A stretch of 59,671 bases of DNA, the filler included. It is 4 parts of 4 records of this genome, joined end to end, with 100 filler letters (N's around TTAATTAATTAA, not from the genome) between each part and the next. Parts side by side here need not be neighbours in the genome. Positions count along the whole stretch, not along the records: positions 1 to 29,459 come from SRR2962707_1570; positions 29,560 to 40,711 come from SRR2962707_1581; 2 more parts are not named here. The stretch is one strand, 5' to 3'. Made by a program: the position numbers and the translations under genes. The notes below the pieces were generated by a model. The model saw nothing but the letters and a program-made list of their open reading frames with translations, had not been told where the DNA came from and ran no database searches. Shown here in pieces: positions 22,566-32,623 of this stretch. Position 1 is the first letter of the stretch. Every line of letters starts with the position of its first letter.

Positions 22566-23282
22566 TTATTCAGAGAGTTGGCGATAATGATAGTCGCCCA
22601 CATGGGCAAAGCCCAGACTTTGATACAGGCGGTTCGCGGGTACATTCGCCTTTGTGCAAAGAACCGCCATCTGGGTGGCACCTTGGGCCTGCGCCCAGAC
22701 AGCAGCGCGACGCATCATCCATTTGCCGACCCCCATACCACGTTGATGTTCCAGCACTTCGACGGCATGCACCATACACACCCCGTCGTGGATCGCCGCA
22801 AAGGCAACGCCGCCGGGTTTTTCCTTCCAGCGCGACAAGATTGCAGTCTTTTGCGCGGCGCGGCGCATCACATCGATGCGGGCAGGACCGATACCGCCCT
22901 TGGCCCAAATCTCAAGCATCATGGCCAGAGGTTCCCAAATCTCGAACGCGGTGACAGGGGGGATCGGCACGTCGGTCAGTTGCTCGATAGGCAGGATATA
23001 GATGTTCACGGGATCAATGATCTCGTATCCCCGCGCGGCCAGTTCTGCGTCAAACGCGTCTTCGCCCTGCCGTATCATAAAAAGCGGTGTTTGGTGCATC
23101 GCCCGCATGGCAGTTTCCGCGACGCTTATATCGGCACCCGGGGTGGCCAGCGTCGCCGCAGACGCACGTTTTCCGCCGCCTTGCCCATCGCGCAGGGTCC
23201 ATCCATTTTCCGTCCAGCGCCGCGCTGCTGGCCAGGTTTGATCGATGACTTCGTACAGTTGGGAAATATCCGGCGCGCTCAA
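22566..23282 (-). CDS. GNAT family N-acetyltransferase
   Basis: GGGKRASAA, QRGMGVG and NVPANRLYQSLGF motifs. Confidence 0.82.
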   Translation of the reverse strand: MSAPDISQLYEVIDQTWPAARRWTENGWTLRDGQGGGKRASAATLATPGADISVAETAMRAMHQTPLFMIRQGEDAFDAELAARGYEIIDPVNIYILPIEQLTDVPIPPVTAFEIWEPLAMMLEIWAKGGIGPARIDVMRRAAQKTAILSRWKEKPGGVAFAAIHDGVCMVHAVEVLEHQRGMGVGKWMMRRAAVWAQAQGATQMAVLCTKANVPANRLYQSLGFAHVGDYHYRQLSE

Positions 23283-23995
23283 AATGCTGACTCCAGTTTT
23301 TTCACCGCCGCGTCTATTTCAACCTGATTGCTCCCACGGATCACAATATGCGCGCCGTATTTGCCATCTTTTTGAAACGGGTATGATCCAATCGACAAGG
23401 CCGGATGATCTTTGGCGATTTGCCCCAGCGGCCCCGCAATGTCACCTTCGCCGCGGTCGATGCGCAACGTCGCACTTAGCAGGGGCGCGCCGCCGGTCAG
23501 GGTGGGCAGCACGGTGGCTACCATCGCCTCGAACACGGATGGGACACCTGCCATCACATGCACATTCTGAAGCGTAAAACCGGGGGCCGCTGACACTGGA
23601 TTATCGATCAATATCGCATCATCGGGAATACGAGCCATGCGCAACCGCGCCTCGTTCAATTCGGTGCCGGATCGCGCGTAATGCGCCGCCAGAATGGCGC
23701 GGGCGTCATCGCGCACGTCGATATGTTTATCAAAGGCCGCCGCGATGCAATCGGCTGTAATGTCATCATGGGTCGGCCCGATGCCGCCACTGGTGAACAC
23801 ATTATCATAGGCTTTCGCCATCGCCTGAACTGCCGCAATAATCGTGCCATGTTCGTCGCCGATCATGCGGACTTCCTTTAGGTCGATCCCCACGCTGGTC
23901 AATTGCCCCGCCAGATGATGCATGTTGCTGTCGCGGGTACGCCCCGACAGGATCTCGTCGCCGATCACAATCATGGCTGCGGTAGGGTTTGGCAT
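23279..23995 (-). CDS. CinA-like molybdopterin-binding domain protein
   Basis: IGDEILSGRTRDSN, SGGIGPTHDDIT and MAGVP motifs. Confidence 0.88.
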   Translation of the reverse strand: MPNPTAAMIVIGDEILSGRTRDSNMHHLAGQLTSVGIDLKEVRMIGDEHGTIIAAVQAMAKAYDNVFTSGGIGPTHDDITADCIAAAFDKHIDVRDDARAILAAHYARSGTELNEARLRMARIPDDAILIDNPVSAAPGFTLQNVHVMAGVPSVFEAMVATVLPTLTGGAPLLSATLRIDRGEGDIAGPLGQIAKDHPALSIGSYPFQKDGKYGAHIVIRGSNQVEIDAAVKKLESAF

Positions 23996-24042
23996 GGCCT
24001 GTCTCCTTGAGGGGGCTGTGATTGAGGTATAGGTCACACCCT

Positions 24043-24747
24043 ATGCGCTTTCAAACTGAACTTGTCCCCGCCCGCCTGATCCGCCGCTACAAACGGTTTC
24101 TAGCCGATTGCATATTGGAGGATGGCCGCGAGGTGACCGCCCATTGCGCGAACCCCGGATCGATGATGGGGCTGGCCGACCCCGGCATGCGGATATGGCT
24201 GGAACCCAATGACGATCCCAAACGCAAACTGAACTATGGCTGGCGGTTGGTCGATCATGAAAACGGCCACTTTACCGGCGTCGATACTGCGCTGCCGAAC
24301 CGCGCGGTCAAGGCTGCGTTGATGGCACGGCAAGTGCCTGCATTGGCAATGTATGAAACCGTCAGACCCGAGGTGAAATACGGTGAAAAATCGCGCATCG
24401 ATTTCCTGCTCACACAGCCCGGCCTGCCCGACGCCTATGTCGAGGTGAAATCAGCGACCCTTTCACGCACCCCAAGCTTGGTTGAATTCCCCGATAGCGT
24501 CACTGCGCGCGGGGCAAAACATTTGGCTGAACTGGCCCAGATGGCGCGGGCGGGGCACCGTGCCGTTTTGCTGTATTTGGTGCAGCGTACCGACTGCACC
24601 GCGTTCTCTGTCGCGGGCGATATCGACCCCACCTATGCCGCCGCATTTGCCGCAGCACGGGCCGCAGGGCTGGAAACATTGGTCATCGGTACCCATATCA
24701 GCCCTCAACAGGTGACTTTGGGCACTGAATTACCCCTAAAGGGTTGA
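24043..24747 (+). CDS. sfsA: DNA/RNA nuclease SfsA
   Basis: RRYKRFLAD, AHCANPGSM, SRIDF, YVEVKS, FPDSVTARGAKHL. Confidence 0.93.
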   Translation: MRFQTELVPARLIRRYKRFLADCILEDGREVTAHCANPGSMMGLADPGMRIWLEPNDDPKRKLNYGWRLVDHENGHFTGVDTALPNRAVKAALMARQVPALAMYETVRPEVKYGEKSRIDFLLTQPGLPDAYVEVKSATLSRTPSLVEFPDSVTARGAKHLAELAQMARAGHRAVLLYLVQRTDCTAFSVAGDIDPTYAAAFAAARAAGLETLVIGTHISPQQVTLGTELPLKG

Positions 24748-24807
24748 CCTGCACCGACCCTTGGACCATCCCGAACGAAACGACATAGACCTACGGAGAT
24801 ACCGGTG

Positions 24808-25623
24808 ATGAATGAACACCGAGGACGCCAGACAAAAGACGGCATTCGCATTTACGACCCATCGGACTTCGCAGGCATGCATGCCGCGGGCAAGCTTGCC
24901 GCGCAGATTCTTGATGATATTGCCGCGCATGTTTTCGTGGGTCAGACAACCGGAGCCCTTGATGGCCTGATCACCCAGATGGTCGAGGACGCAGGCGCCA
25001 AATCGGCAACGATCGGATACAAGGGCTATCAGCACGCCAGCTGTATTTCGATCAACCATGTCGTCTGCCACGGCATCCCCAGTGACAAAAAGCTGAAAGA
25101 CGGCGATATCCTGAACATCGACGTCACCGTGATTGTCGATGGATGGTTTGGTGACACCTCGCGGATGTACGTCGCGGGCAAATTGCCCCGCAAGGCCGAA
25201 CGCCTGATCAACGTGACCCATGACGCCCTGATGCGCGGGATTGAGGCCGTGAAACCCGGTAACACCTTTGGCGATATCGGCCACGCGATCCAAAGCTTTG
25301 TAGAAAGCCAGCGGATGAGCGTCGTTACCGATTTCTGCGGGCATGGCTTGGGCCGCGTTTTTCACGCTCCGCCCAATGTTTTGCACTATGGCCGCCCCGG
25401 CACAGGGTCGGTTCTGGAACCGGGCATGTTCTTTACGATTGAACCGATGGTCAATCTGGGGCGCGCGGAAACCAAAGTTCTGTCAGACGACTGGACGGCG
25501 GTGACACGCGACAAATCGCTATCTGCGCAGTTTGAACATTCCATCGGCGTGACCGAAACAGGTTATGAGATTTTCACCCTGTCACCCGCCGGAAAGTTCC
25601 ACCCGACCTATTCCCAAGACTAA
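24808..25623 (+). CDS. map: Type I methionine aminopeptidase
   Basis: CISINHVVCHGIP, DVT..GDTSR, CGHG, FTIEPM and AQFEH motifs. Confidence 0.95.
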   Translation: MNEHRGRQTKDGIRIYDPSDFAGMHAAGKLAAQILDDIAAHVFVGQTTGALDGLITQMVEDAGAKSATIGYKGYQHASCISINHVVCHGIPSDKKLKDGDILNIDVTVIVDGWFGDTSRMYVAGKLPRKAERLINVTHDALMRGIEAVKPGNTFGDIGHAIQSFVESQRMSVVTDFCGHGLGRVFHAPPNVLHYGRPGTGSVLEPGMFFTIEPMVNLGRAETKVLSDDWTAVTRDKSLSAQFEHSIGVTETGYEIFTLSPAGKFHPTYSQD

Positions 25624-26381
25624 GCTTTGCGTTGGGCCATCTTGAGTTCGATTACGGCCCAAAGCACGCTGCCTGCATAGGCAAAGCAGCAGATCACAAG
25701 CGTGGCCCAGGGGAAGCTGACCAGACAGGCGATAAAGCCTGTGAAAGCGATCAGGAAATAGGTCACGTTGCTGCGTGAAAAGCTGACCGATTTAAACGAC
25801 CAGGTTGGGATGCGACTGATCATCACCCAGCCAACAAACACGATATAAAGACAGGCCAAAAGGTCCGGCATCGCCGCACCGGGGCCAAATGCATAGGGCA
25901 GATAGATCGGCAACATCACCAGCATTGCCCCCGCTGGCGATGGCACCCCCGTGAAATAGCCGCCGTCATCCAACGGCGTCTTGGTGCGCGAATCCACGTT
26001 GAAACGTGCCAACCGCATCACGCAGCATACGGCGAATACCAACACCGCCAGCCAGCCCGCACGATAGAAATCCTGCAAGCCCCAGAAATACACCACCAAG
26101 GGCGGTGCCACACCAAAGTTGACGAAATCCGCTAGGCTGTCCAGCTCGGCACCGATTTTGCTATCGCTGCCCAGATACCGCGCTGCGCGTCCGTCCATCC
26201 CGTCCAGAACGCTGGCCAGTGCGATCAGAAAGACCGCCAGCGGAAATTTATCCTCGGCCGCGAAACGTATCGCTGAAATGCCGGCGCAAATCGCGGCGAC
26301 GGTCAGCATGTTTGGCAACAGCTGCAGCAGCGAAAATTCGGTCTTTGCCTTGTCTGTGGATCCGGGGGTTTGTTCGGTCAT
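25620..26381 (-). CDS. pssA: CDP-diacylglycerol--serine O-phosphatidyltransferase
   Basis: CDP-alcohol phosphotransferase motif DGMDGRAAR...GAELDSLAD, RLARFN; directly downstream of psd. Confidence 0.85.
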   Translation of the reverse strand: MTEQTPGSTDKAKTEFSLLQLLPNMLTVAAICAGISAIRFAAEDKFPLAVFLIALASVLDGMDGRAARYLGSDSKIGAELDSLADFVNFGVAPPLVVYFWGLQDFYRAGWLAVLVFAVCCVMRLARFNVDSRTKTPLDDGGYFTGVPSPAGAMLVMLPIYLPYAFGPGAAMPDLLACLYIVFVGWVMISRIPTWSFKSVSFSRSNVTYFLIAFTGFIACLVSFPWATLVICCFAYAGSVLWAVIELKMAQRKA

Positions 26382-27047
26382 TTACGACAGCTCTGCCAAA
26401 ACGGTTTCGCCAGCCACCATGGTCTGGCCAATACTTACCTTGGGTTCAACACCTGCGGGCAGATACACATCAACCCGTGATCCAAAACGGATCAGACCAA
26501 AACGCTGGCCTGCCTGCGTATGTGCGCCGGGCTTGGTAAAGCAAACGATGCGGCGCGCCACTAGGCCCGCAATCTGCACCACTGCAATGTCGCGCCCATC
26601 GTCCATTTTGATGCGCAGGCTGTTGCGTTCGTTATCCTTGCTTGCCTTGTCCAGCGACGCGTTAAAGAACTTGCCCGCACGATATGCGATTTCAGTGATC
26701 TCGCCAGCAACAGGCGCGCGGTTCACGTGGCAGTTAAATACGTTCATGAAGACGCTTACACGGGTCAGCGGCGTGTCGGCCATGCCCAGTTCAGCCGGGG
26801 GAACGGCGGGTTCGATCAGGGAAATGATGCCATCAGCCGGGCTGATCACCAGATTGTCGCCCTTTGGCGTCACGCGTTCAGGATCACGGAAGAAGTAATA
26901 GCACCAAACCGTTGCCCCGACGCCGATCCACCCCAGAAATTCAGCCAGCAAAAACAGGACCAAGGTGATCGCGGCAAAGATCGCGACAAACTTGCGCCCT
27001 TCTGGGTGCATTGGCTTGATAAAAGTACTGGTCATGCTCAGGCTCAT
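26382..27047 (-). CDS. psd: Phosphatidylserine decarboxylase proenzyme
   Basis: FFRDPER, SPADG, HVNRAP and FGSRVD autocleavage motifs. Confidence 0.93.
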   Translation of the reverse strand: MSLSMTSTFIKPMHPEGRKFVAIFAAITLVLFLLAEFLGWIGVGATVWCYYFFRDPERVTPKGDNLVISPADGIISLIEPAVPPAELGMADTPLTRVSVFMNVFNCHVNRAPVAGEITEIAYRAGKFFNASLDKASKDNERNSLRIKMDDGRDIAVVQIAGLVARRIVCFTKPGAHTQAGQRFGLIRFGSRVDVYLPAGVEPKVSIGQTMVAGETVLAELS

Positions 27048-27126
27048 CGGGGCGTCTTTCCATTGGAATAATTGACTAGCTCATAGGCGTAACTAGGGTG
27101 AATGCAAAGCCTGAACAGTTTTTCGG

Positions 27127-27678
27127 TTAGGTTACGTTTAAAAGAGTAATCCAGGTGTCGCCATATTTTCTTTTGTCGATGCGGGCAAATCCGTCAGGCG
27201 CATCCATTGCCGCGTTTTCTTCCCACACGATCATCGCACCCTTGGCCAACCAGCCACCAGCCAGCGCCTTGGTCAACGCCGCCTGCCCCATCGCTTTGCC
27301 ATAGGGCGGATCAAGAAACACCAGATCAAAGGGTGCCGCAATCCAATCGCCAAGCGTGGTGGCATCCGATCGCATCAGCGTCGTTTCACCTTCGGCGCGC
27401 AGCTTCTTGATATTCTCGGTAATCAGCTTTTGCGCGACACGCCCGTTTTCAACGAACACCACATCACGCGCGCCGCGCGAAAGCGCCTCAAGACCCAATG
27501 CGCCAGTGCCTGCGAACAGGTCCAGCACATGCGCGCCATTAATCACGTTATGCGAGGTCAGCATCGAAAACAGGCTTTCGCGCACACGGTCCGAGGTGGG
27601 GCGCAGGTGTGCCTGTTCATCGCCTTTGCCCACGTCGGCCAGTTGCGTGCCGCGCGATTTTCCGGCGATAATCCTCAT
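27127..27678 (-). CDS. rsmD: 16S rRNA m2G966 methyltransferase
   Basis: MRIIAG, RPTSDRVRESLF, LDLFAGTGALGLEALSRGA, DPPY. Confidence 0.93.
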   Translation of the reverse strand: MRIIAGKSRGTQLADVGKGDEQAHLRPTSDRVRESLFSMLTSHNVINGAHVLDLFAGTGALGLEALSRGARDVVFVENGRVAQKLITENIKKLRAEGETTLMRSDATTLGDWIAAPFDLVFLDPPYGKAMGQAALTKALAGGWLAKGAMIVWEENAAMDAPDGFARIDKRKYGDTWITLLNVT

Positions 27679-28883
27679 GCTTTTAGCAATGCTTTCAAAT
27701 CTGTTTCCGGGTTTTCGATCAGGTCCGGCGCGGGGGATTTACCCGCCTCGATCAGACGTCGCCCAATCATAAAGCCGCGCGGGTCATTCATGGCATCAAC
27801 TGCCAACAGCTCGGTGCCGCTATAGTACCAGAACGCAACTGAATCATCATCCGTACGGCGGGTAATCACCCGGTCATACCCCGTATTCAGGCCGGCAATC
27901 TGTAATTTCACATCGTATTGATCGGACCAAAACCACGGCTTTGCGACATATTCTTTGTCCGCGCCCATGATGTTTTCAGCGACACATTCCGCCTGATCAA
28001 TGGCGTTTGGCACCGATTCCAACCGGATCCGCGTGTCGCGATAGGGAAAGGATGCGCAATCGCCCGCCGCCCAGACATTCGGCACGGATGTGCGCCCGTG
28101 GCTGTCGGTTTTGATCCCGTTATCAACTTCGATCCCTGCGGCCTCGGCAAGCGCCGTCGCGGGGCCAATGCCCACGCCCACGATAACGAAATCGACGGGC
28201 AACTCGGACCCGTCGGACAGGCGTGCCGCTGTGACATGGCTGTCACCGATCAACCGCTCAAGGCCCACACCTTCGCGGATGTCCACGCCATGAGACCGGT
28301 GCAGATCGCGGAAAAAATCGGATGTTTGCGGGGCCGCGACGCGCTGCAATATACGTTCGCCCATCTCAACCAAGGTCACGTTCAGCCCCAGTTTGGATGC
28401 AACCGATGCCGCCTCAAGGCCGATATATCCCCCACCCACGATCAACACGCGCGCACCTTTGGTGAACCGGGGGGCCATCGCATCAACATCGGCCAGATCG
28501 CGCACCACATGCACGCCGTCCAATGCGCCGCCAATGCTGGCAGGCAAACGGCGCGGGACCGATCCGGTGGTCAGCACCAAACTGTCATAGGCCATATCAT
28601 CGCCGTTCACCCGGATCGTCTGGCTGGCAGGGTCGATGCTGTCGACATGCGTGCCCAACATCAGGTCGATATTATAATCGCTATAGAAACTTTCGGGGCG
28701 CAGAAACAGGCGCTCAAGCGTCATGTCGCCCAACAGATAGGCCTTGGACAGAGGCGGGCGTTGATAAGGGGGCGCGGTTTCGGCCCCGATCAGGGTCACC
28801 TTGCCCTCAAATCCGGAATTGCGCAGCTTGGCCACACATGATGACCCCGCCTGACCTGCCCCAATAACGACGACATGTCCCAT
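27675..28883 (-). CDS. NAD(P)/FAD-dependent ferredoxin reductase-type oxidoreductase
   Basis: GAGQAG, YQRPPLSK, GGGYIGLE and PWFWSDQY motifs. Confidence 0.9.
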   Translation of the reverse strand: MGHVVVIGAGQAGSSCVAKLRNSGFEGKVTLIGAETAPPYQRPPLSKAYLLGDMTLERLFLRPESFYSDYNIDLMLGTHVDSIDPASQTIRVNGDDMAYDSLVLTTGSVPRRLPASIGGALDGVHVVRDLADVDAMAPRFTKGARVLIVGGGYIGLEAASVASKLGLNVTLVEMGERILQRVAAPQTSDFFRDLHRSHGVDIREGVGLERLIGDSHVTAARLSDGSELPVDFVIVGVGIGPATALAEAAGIEVDNGIKTDSHGRTSVPNVWAAGDCASFPYRDTRIRLESVPNAIDQAECVAENIMGADKEYVAKPWFWSDQYDVKLQIAGLNTGYDRVITRRTDDDSVAFWYYSGTELLAVDAMNDPRGFMIGRRLIEAGKSPAPDLIENPETDLKALLKA

Positions 28884-28977
28884 GCTGCATTCCTTACTTA
28901 AAAAATCGGTTTCCTGCTTGCGCCCAAAACCTATATCTAAGCACCAGACAAACGCAATGACATGGAAGGTCAGACAG

Positions 28978-29459
28978 ATGACGATTTCTCAAGGTGATAT
29001 GCTACCCGATGCCACACTGATGGAAATGGGTGCCGATGGCCCTGCGCCCGTGCAAATGGCCGACAAGGTCAAAGGCCGCAAAGTTGTGGTTTTCGCGGTT
29101 CCGGGTGCGTTTACACCCACTTGCCATTCCGCGCATGTGCCCAGCTTTATCCGTACCAAAGACCAGTTCGCCGCCAAGGGCGTGGACGAGATCATCTGCA
29201 TTTCCGTCAATGACCCCTTCGTGATGCAAGCATGGGGCGACGCGACAGGAGCCTCGGCTGCCGGTATCACTATGCTAGCCGACGGCAACAGCGCCTTTAC
29301 CAAGGCGATTGGTATGGATTTCACAGCCGAGCCCGTTGGCCTGATGGCGCGGTCCAAACGCTATGCGATGCTGGTTGAAGACGGCAAGGTCACGCTGTTT
29401 CAAGCCGAAGAAAACCCCGGCGTTTGCGAAACTTCTGGCGGCGAGGCCCTGCTGGACAA
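28978..29459 (+). CDS. Peroxiredoxin (Prx5 type), last codons lost at the gap
   Basis: VPGAFTPTCHSAHVP and VNDPFVM motifs. Confidence 0.9.
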
Positions 29460-29559
29460 NNNNNNNNNNNNNNNNNNNNNNNNNNNNNNNNNNNNNNNNN
29501 NNNTTAATTAATTAANNNNNNNNNNNNNNNNNNNNNNNNNNNNNNNNNNNNNNNNNNNN
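29460..29559. other. Artificial contig spacer
   Basis: 100 nt of N flanking TTAATTAATTAA (stops in all six frames); genes on both sides are truncated. Confidence 0.97.
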
Positions 29560-29560
29560 G

Positions 29561-29902
29561 ACCCTGACCTATGTCATTCAGGGGCTGTGCGTTTCGATCG
29601 CCACGATCATCTATGTGCCGCGGTTGGGCTCGGCTTCGTCCTCGACCGGTGTGCTCTGGGAACTCGAAGCGATTGCCGCGGTCATTATCGGCGGCACGAT
29701 GCTCAAGGGCGGGTACGGGCGGATCGGGGGCACTGTGATCGGTGCGATCATGCTCACCACCATCGGCAATATTTTGAACCTCACCGACATCATCTCGAAC
29801 TATCTCAACGGTGCGGTGCAGGGCGTCATCATCATCGCCGCTGTCTGGCTGCAGCGCGGCAATCTTGGCCATCTCAACATCTTCAGGAAAACCAAGGGAT
29901 AG
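29561..29902 (+). CDS. Sugar ABC transporter permease (RbsC family), 5'-truncated
   Basis: [26 protein letters not shown] motif; frame open from the contig edge. Confidence 0.85.
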   Translation, partial: TLTYVIQGLCVSIATIIYVPRLGSASSSTGVLWELEAIAAVIIGGTMLKGGYGRIGGTVIGAIMLTTIGNILNLTDIISNYLNGAVQGVIIIAAVWLQRGNLGHLNIFRKTKG

Positions 29903-30005
29903 AGCGTTTCCAGGATAGGTGGAAACCACCTATCCGGTTCGGAAGTGCGACAAAACAAAGACTTAGAGCAATCGACGCAATTCGAAGAAGAGCGGAAATG
30001 CTCTA
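29900..30005 (+). repeat. ~106-bp palindromic intergenic element (RIME1/BRU-RS/CIR-like), copy 1
   Basis: Terminal IR TAGAGCGTTTCC...GGAAATGCTCTA, internal hairpin GGATAGGTGG-AAA-CCACCTATCC; aligns end to end with the reverse complement of 34247-34351. Confidence 0.85.
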
Positions 30006-30086
30006 GAAATTCCAACCGGCGCCAATGTGCGCCGGCGGGGGCAGCGCCTTGAGGAGAGGTGCGAAACACAACCAAGGAGGACTATC

Positions 30087-31037
30087 ATGCGAACACTCAA
30101 GCTCATCGCCGGCGCTGCCCTGTGCAGCGTTGCGCTGGGGGTGACCGCCGCGGCGGCCCAGGAAATCAAGATCGGTGTGTCCATTCCGGCAGCGACCCAT
30201 GGCTGGGCAGGCGGGCTGAACTGGCACGCCGAACAGGCCATGACCCGGCTCGAAGAAGCCAACCCCGATATCGACATCATCCTGATTGCCGCCGACGGTC
30301 CGGCACAACAGGCCAACGATCTCGAGGATCTGATCTCGATCCACCAGATCGACGCTCTAGTCGTTCTGCCGTTCGAATCCGAGCCGCTCACCGATCCGGT
30401 GCGGATGGTCAAGGATTCAGGGGTTTTCGTCACCGTGGTTGACCGCGGTCTGGCTCAGGAAGGCATTGAGGACGTTTACGTCGCGGGTAACAACACGGCG
30501 CTGGGAACGGTCTCGGGCGAATATTTCCTGACCCGGCTCGGTGAGGGCGACAACATCGTCATCCTGCGCGGCATCCCCACGGTGATCGACGATGAACGCT
30601 TCAACGCGTTCATGGAAACCATTGACGGCTCGGGCATCAACGTTCTGGACAACCAGTACGCCAACTGGAACCGTGACGATGGGTTCGAGGTGATGCAGGA
30701 CTTCCTGTCGCGCTTCCCGGACATCGATGGCGTCTGGGCGCAGGACGACGATATCGCACTCGGCGTTATCGAAGCCGTGCGCCAGGCGGGCCGCGAGGAC
30801 GAGTTGTTCATCGTCGGCGGTGCCGGGATGAAGGAAATCATCCAGATGGTGATGGAAGGCTCGGACCTGGTTCCGGTCGACGTTCTCTATCCGCCCGCGA
30901 TGATCGCCACGGCGATGGACGTGACCGTCAGCCACTTCACATCGAACGGACCGGTTTCGGGCGAATACATTCTGGGCGCGCCGCTGATCACGCCCGAGAA
31001 CGCCGAAAACTACTACTTCCCGGATTCGACGTTCTGA
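30087..31037 (+). CDS. Sugar ABC transporter substrate-binding protein (RbsB-like)
   Basis: AAGGAGG RBS, signal peptide, IPAATHGW, VDRG and WAQDDDIALG motifs. Confidence 0.88.
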   Translation: MRTLKLIAGAALCSVALGVTAAAAQEIKIGVSIPAATHGWAGGLNWHAEQAMTRLEEANPDIDIILIAADGPAQQANDLEDLISIHQIDALVVLPFESEPLTDPVRMVKDSGVFVTVVDRGLAQEGIEDVYVAGNNTALGTVSGEYFLTRLGEGDNIVILRGIPTVIDDERFNAFMETIDGSGINVLDNQYANWNRDDGFEVMQDFLSRFPDIDGVWAQDDDIALGVIEAVRQAGREDELFIVGGAGMKEIIQMVMEGSDLVPVDVLYPPAMIATAMDVTVSHFTSNGPVSGEYILGAPLITPENAENYYFPDSTF

Positions 31038-31065
31038 TCTGCACTCCCTCCCATAGTGCAACAGG

Positions 31066-31092
31066 AAGGGCGGCTCTCGGGCCGCCCTTTTT
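31066..31092. terminator. Intrinsic terminator between the convergent SBP gene and otsA
   Basis: AAGGGCGGCT-CTCG-GGCCGCCCTT followed by T-run. Confidence 0.75.
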
Positions 31093-31096
31093 GTCT

Positions 31097-32623
31097 TTAT
31101 GTCCCCGAAAACACCGAGCGCAGCCAGGGCAAAAGCGAGAGCCGCGGTGTGCGGTGTTGAAGAGACATCGTAGCGGACCGGCTCAGTGCCCCGGCGCGCG
31201 GAAGCAACGCGCCCTCTTCGTCGGGGTCGCCATCGGGATCATCGTCGCCTGTGCCCGACGACGCATCGCCGGTCAATGCAGCAAGAAAGCTGTCGGCCCA
31301 GTTATCGATATTGTAGGTCTGGGCCACTTTCATCAGGCTCTCCCAGCGCTCCTTGCGCTCTTCGAGCGGCATGGAGATCGCGAGGCGCATGGCTTCTGCG
31401 GTCTCGTCAGTGTCGAAGGGGTTGATGATGAGCGCATCATGGAAGATTTCCGCGGCGCCGGCGAAACGGGAGAGAACCAGCACTCCGGGATTTTCGGGGT
31501 TTTGCGAGGCGACATATTCGTGGGCCACCAAATTCATGCCGTCGCGCAGTGGGGTGACCAGCCCCACGCGGGCGAGGCGGTAGAGCCCGGCCAGCGAGGC
31601 CTGGGAATAGGCGCGTTTGACGTAGGTGATGGGCAGCCAGTCCGGTTCAGCAAAGCGGCCGGTGAGCCGTCCGACGGCGGTATCGAGCTCGTCCGAGATC
31701 ACCTGATACTCCTTGATCGTATCGCGCGAGGGCGGGGCGATCTGGATCATGTGGACGGCGCGCCGGAGATTGGCGTTGTTTTCGAGCAGCTTTTCGTACG
31801 CCTGTACGCGCTGGGGCAGGCCTTTGGAATAATCGAGCCTGTCGACGCCCAGGATCATGGCCCGGCCGTTCATTGAACGCTCGACACGCTTGTACATCTT
31901 CTGGGCGTTGGGGCTGGCGGCCAGTTTGGCAAAGGCATCGGGGTCCGACCCGATCGGGAAGGCTTCGAGAACGGTGTTGCCCATCTCGATTTCGAATGGG
32001 GTGCCCCCGGCCTGGCGGTACATTTCCTCGTGGGCGATGAATTCGTTGAAAGCCGCAACGTCGCGCTGCGCCTGGAACCCGACCAGATCGTAGGCCAAAA
32101 GGTCGGTCAGCAACTCCTCATGGTGGGGAATGGCGTTCAGCGCGTCGGGGGTCGGAAACGGGATATGGAGATAGAACCCGATCTTGTTGCGGATATTGCG
32201 CCGGCGCAACTCCGTGGCCAGCGGGATCAGGTGATAATCATGGACCCAGATGATGTCATCGGGCTGGATGTGCTTGGCGATGGCCTCGGCGAACTGCACG
32301 TTGACGCGGCGATAGCCCTCATACCAGTGCGAATGGATATCGGTCAGGTCGAGCCGCAGATGGAAGGCCGGCCAGAGGATGGAATTGGAGAAACCGGCGT
32401 AATAGCTCTGGTGATCGGATTTGGTGAGGTCGATCGAGCCGATCTGCAGCCCGTCTATGGTCTCGAACTTCGCGTCCCGGCTGGGCGTTTCTGCGAACGC
32501 TCCGGACCATCCGAACCAGAAGCCATCTCGTGCGGAGAGGGTTTTTTTCAAGGCGACGGCAAGGCCGCCCGCGGCGGGCGCCTTCCCGGGAATTCGATTT
32601 GAAACGACAATGAGGCGGCTCAT
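31097..32623 (-). CDS. otsA: Trehalose-6-phosphate synthase
   Basis: VVSNR, AGGLAVAL, IWVHDYHL, HIPFP, GVDRLDYSKG, DGMNLVAHEY, VLSRFAGAA. Confidence 0.95.
   Translation of the reverse strand: MSRLIVVSNRIPGKAPAAGGLAVALKKTLSARDGFWFGWSGAFAETPSRDAKFETIDGLQIGSIDLTKSDHQSYYAGFSNSILWPAFHLRLDLTDIHSHWYEGYRRVNVQFAEAIAKHIQPDDIIWVHDYHLIPLATELRRRNIRNKIGFYLHIPFPTPDALNAIPHHEELLTDLLAYDLVGFQAQRDVAAFNEFIAHEEMYRQAGGTPFEIEMGNTVLEAFPIGSDPDAFAKLAASPNAQKMYKRVERSMNGRAMILGVDRLDYSKGLPQRVQAYEKLLENNANLRRAVHMIQIAPPSRDTIKEYQVISDELDTAVGRLTGRFAEPDWLPITYVKRAYSQASLAGLYRLARVGLVTPLRDGMNLVAHEYVASQNPENPGVLVLSRFAGAAEIFHDALIINPFDTDETAEAMRLAISMPLEERKERWESLMKVAQTYNIDNWADSFLAALTGDASSGTGDDDPDGDPDEEGALLPRAGALSRSATMSLQHRTPRLSLLPWLRSVFSGT

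Noticed and set aside
29504..29515. TTAATTAATTAA palindrome repeated three times (also 40756 and 51572)
   Set aside because: Embedded in N runs of identical length; an artificial all-frame-stop linker, not a biological repeat
29900..30005. Possible CRISPR repeat or integron attC site
   Set aside because: No regularly spaced array, no cas or integrase gene, and no RYYYAAC/GTTRRRY ends
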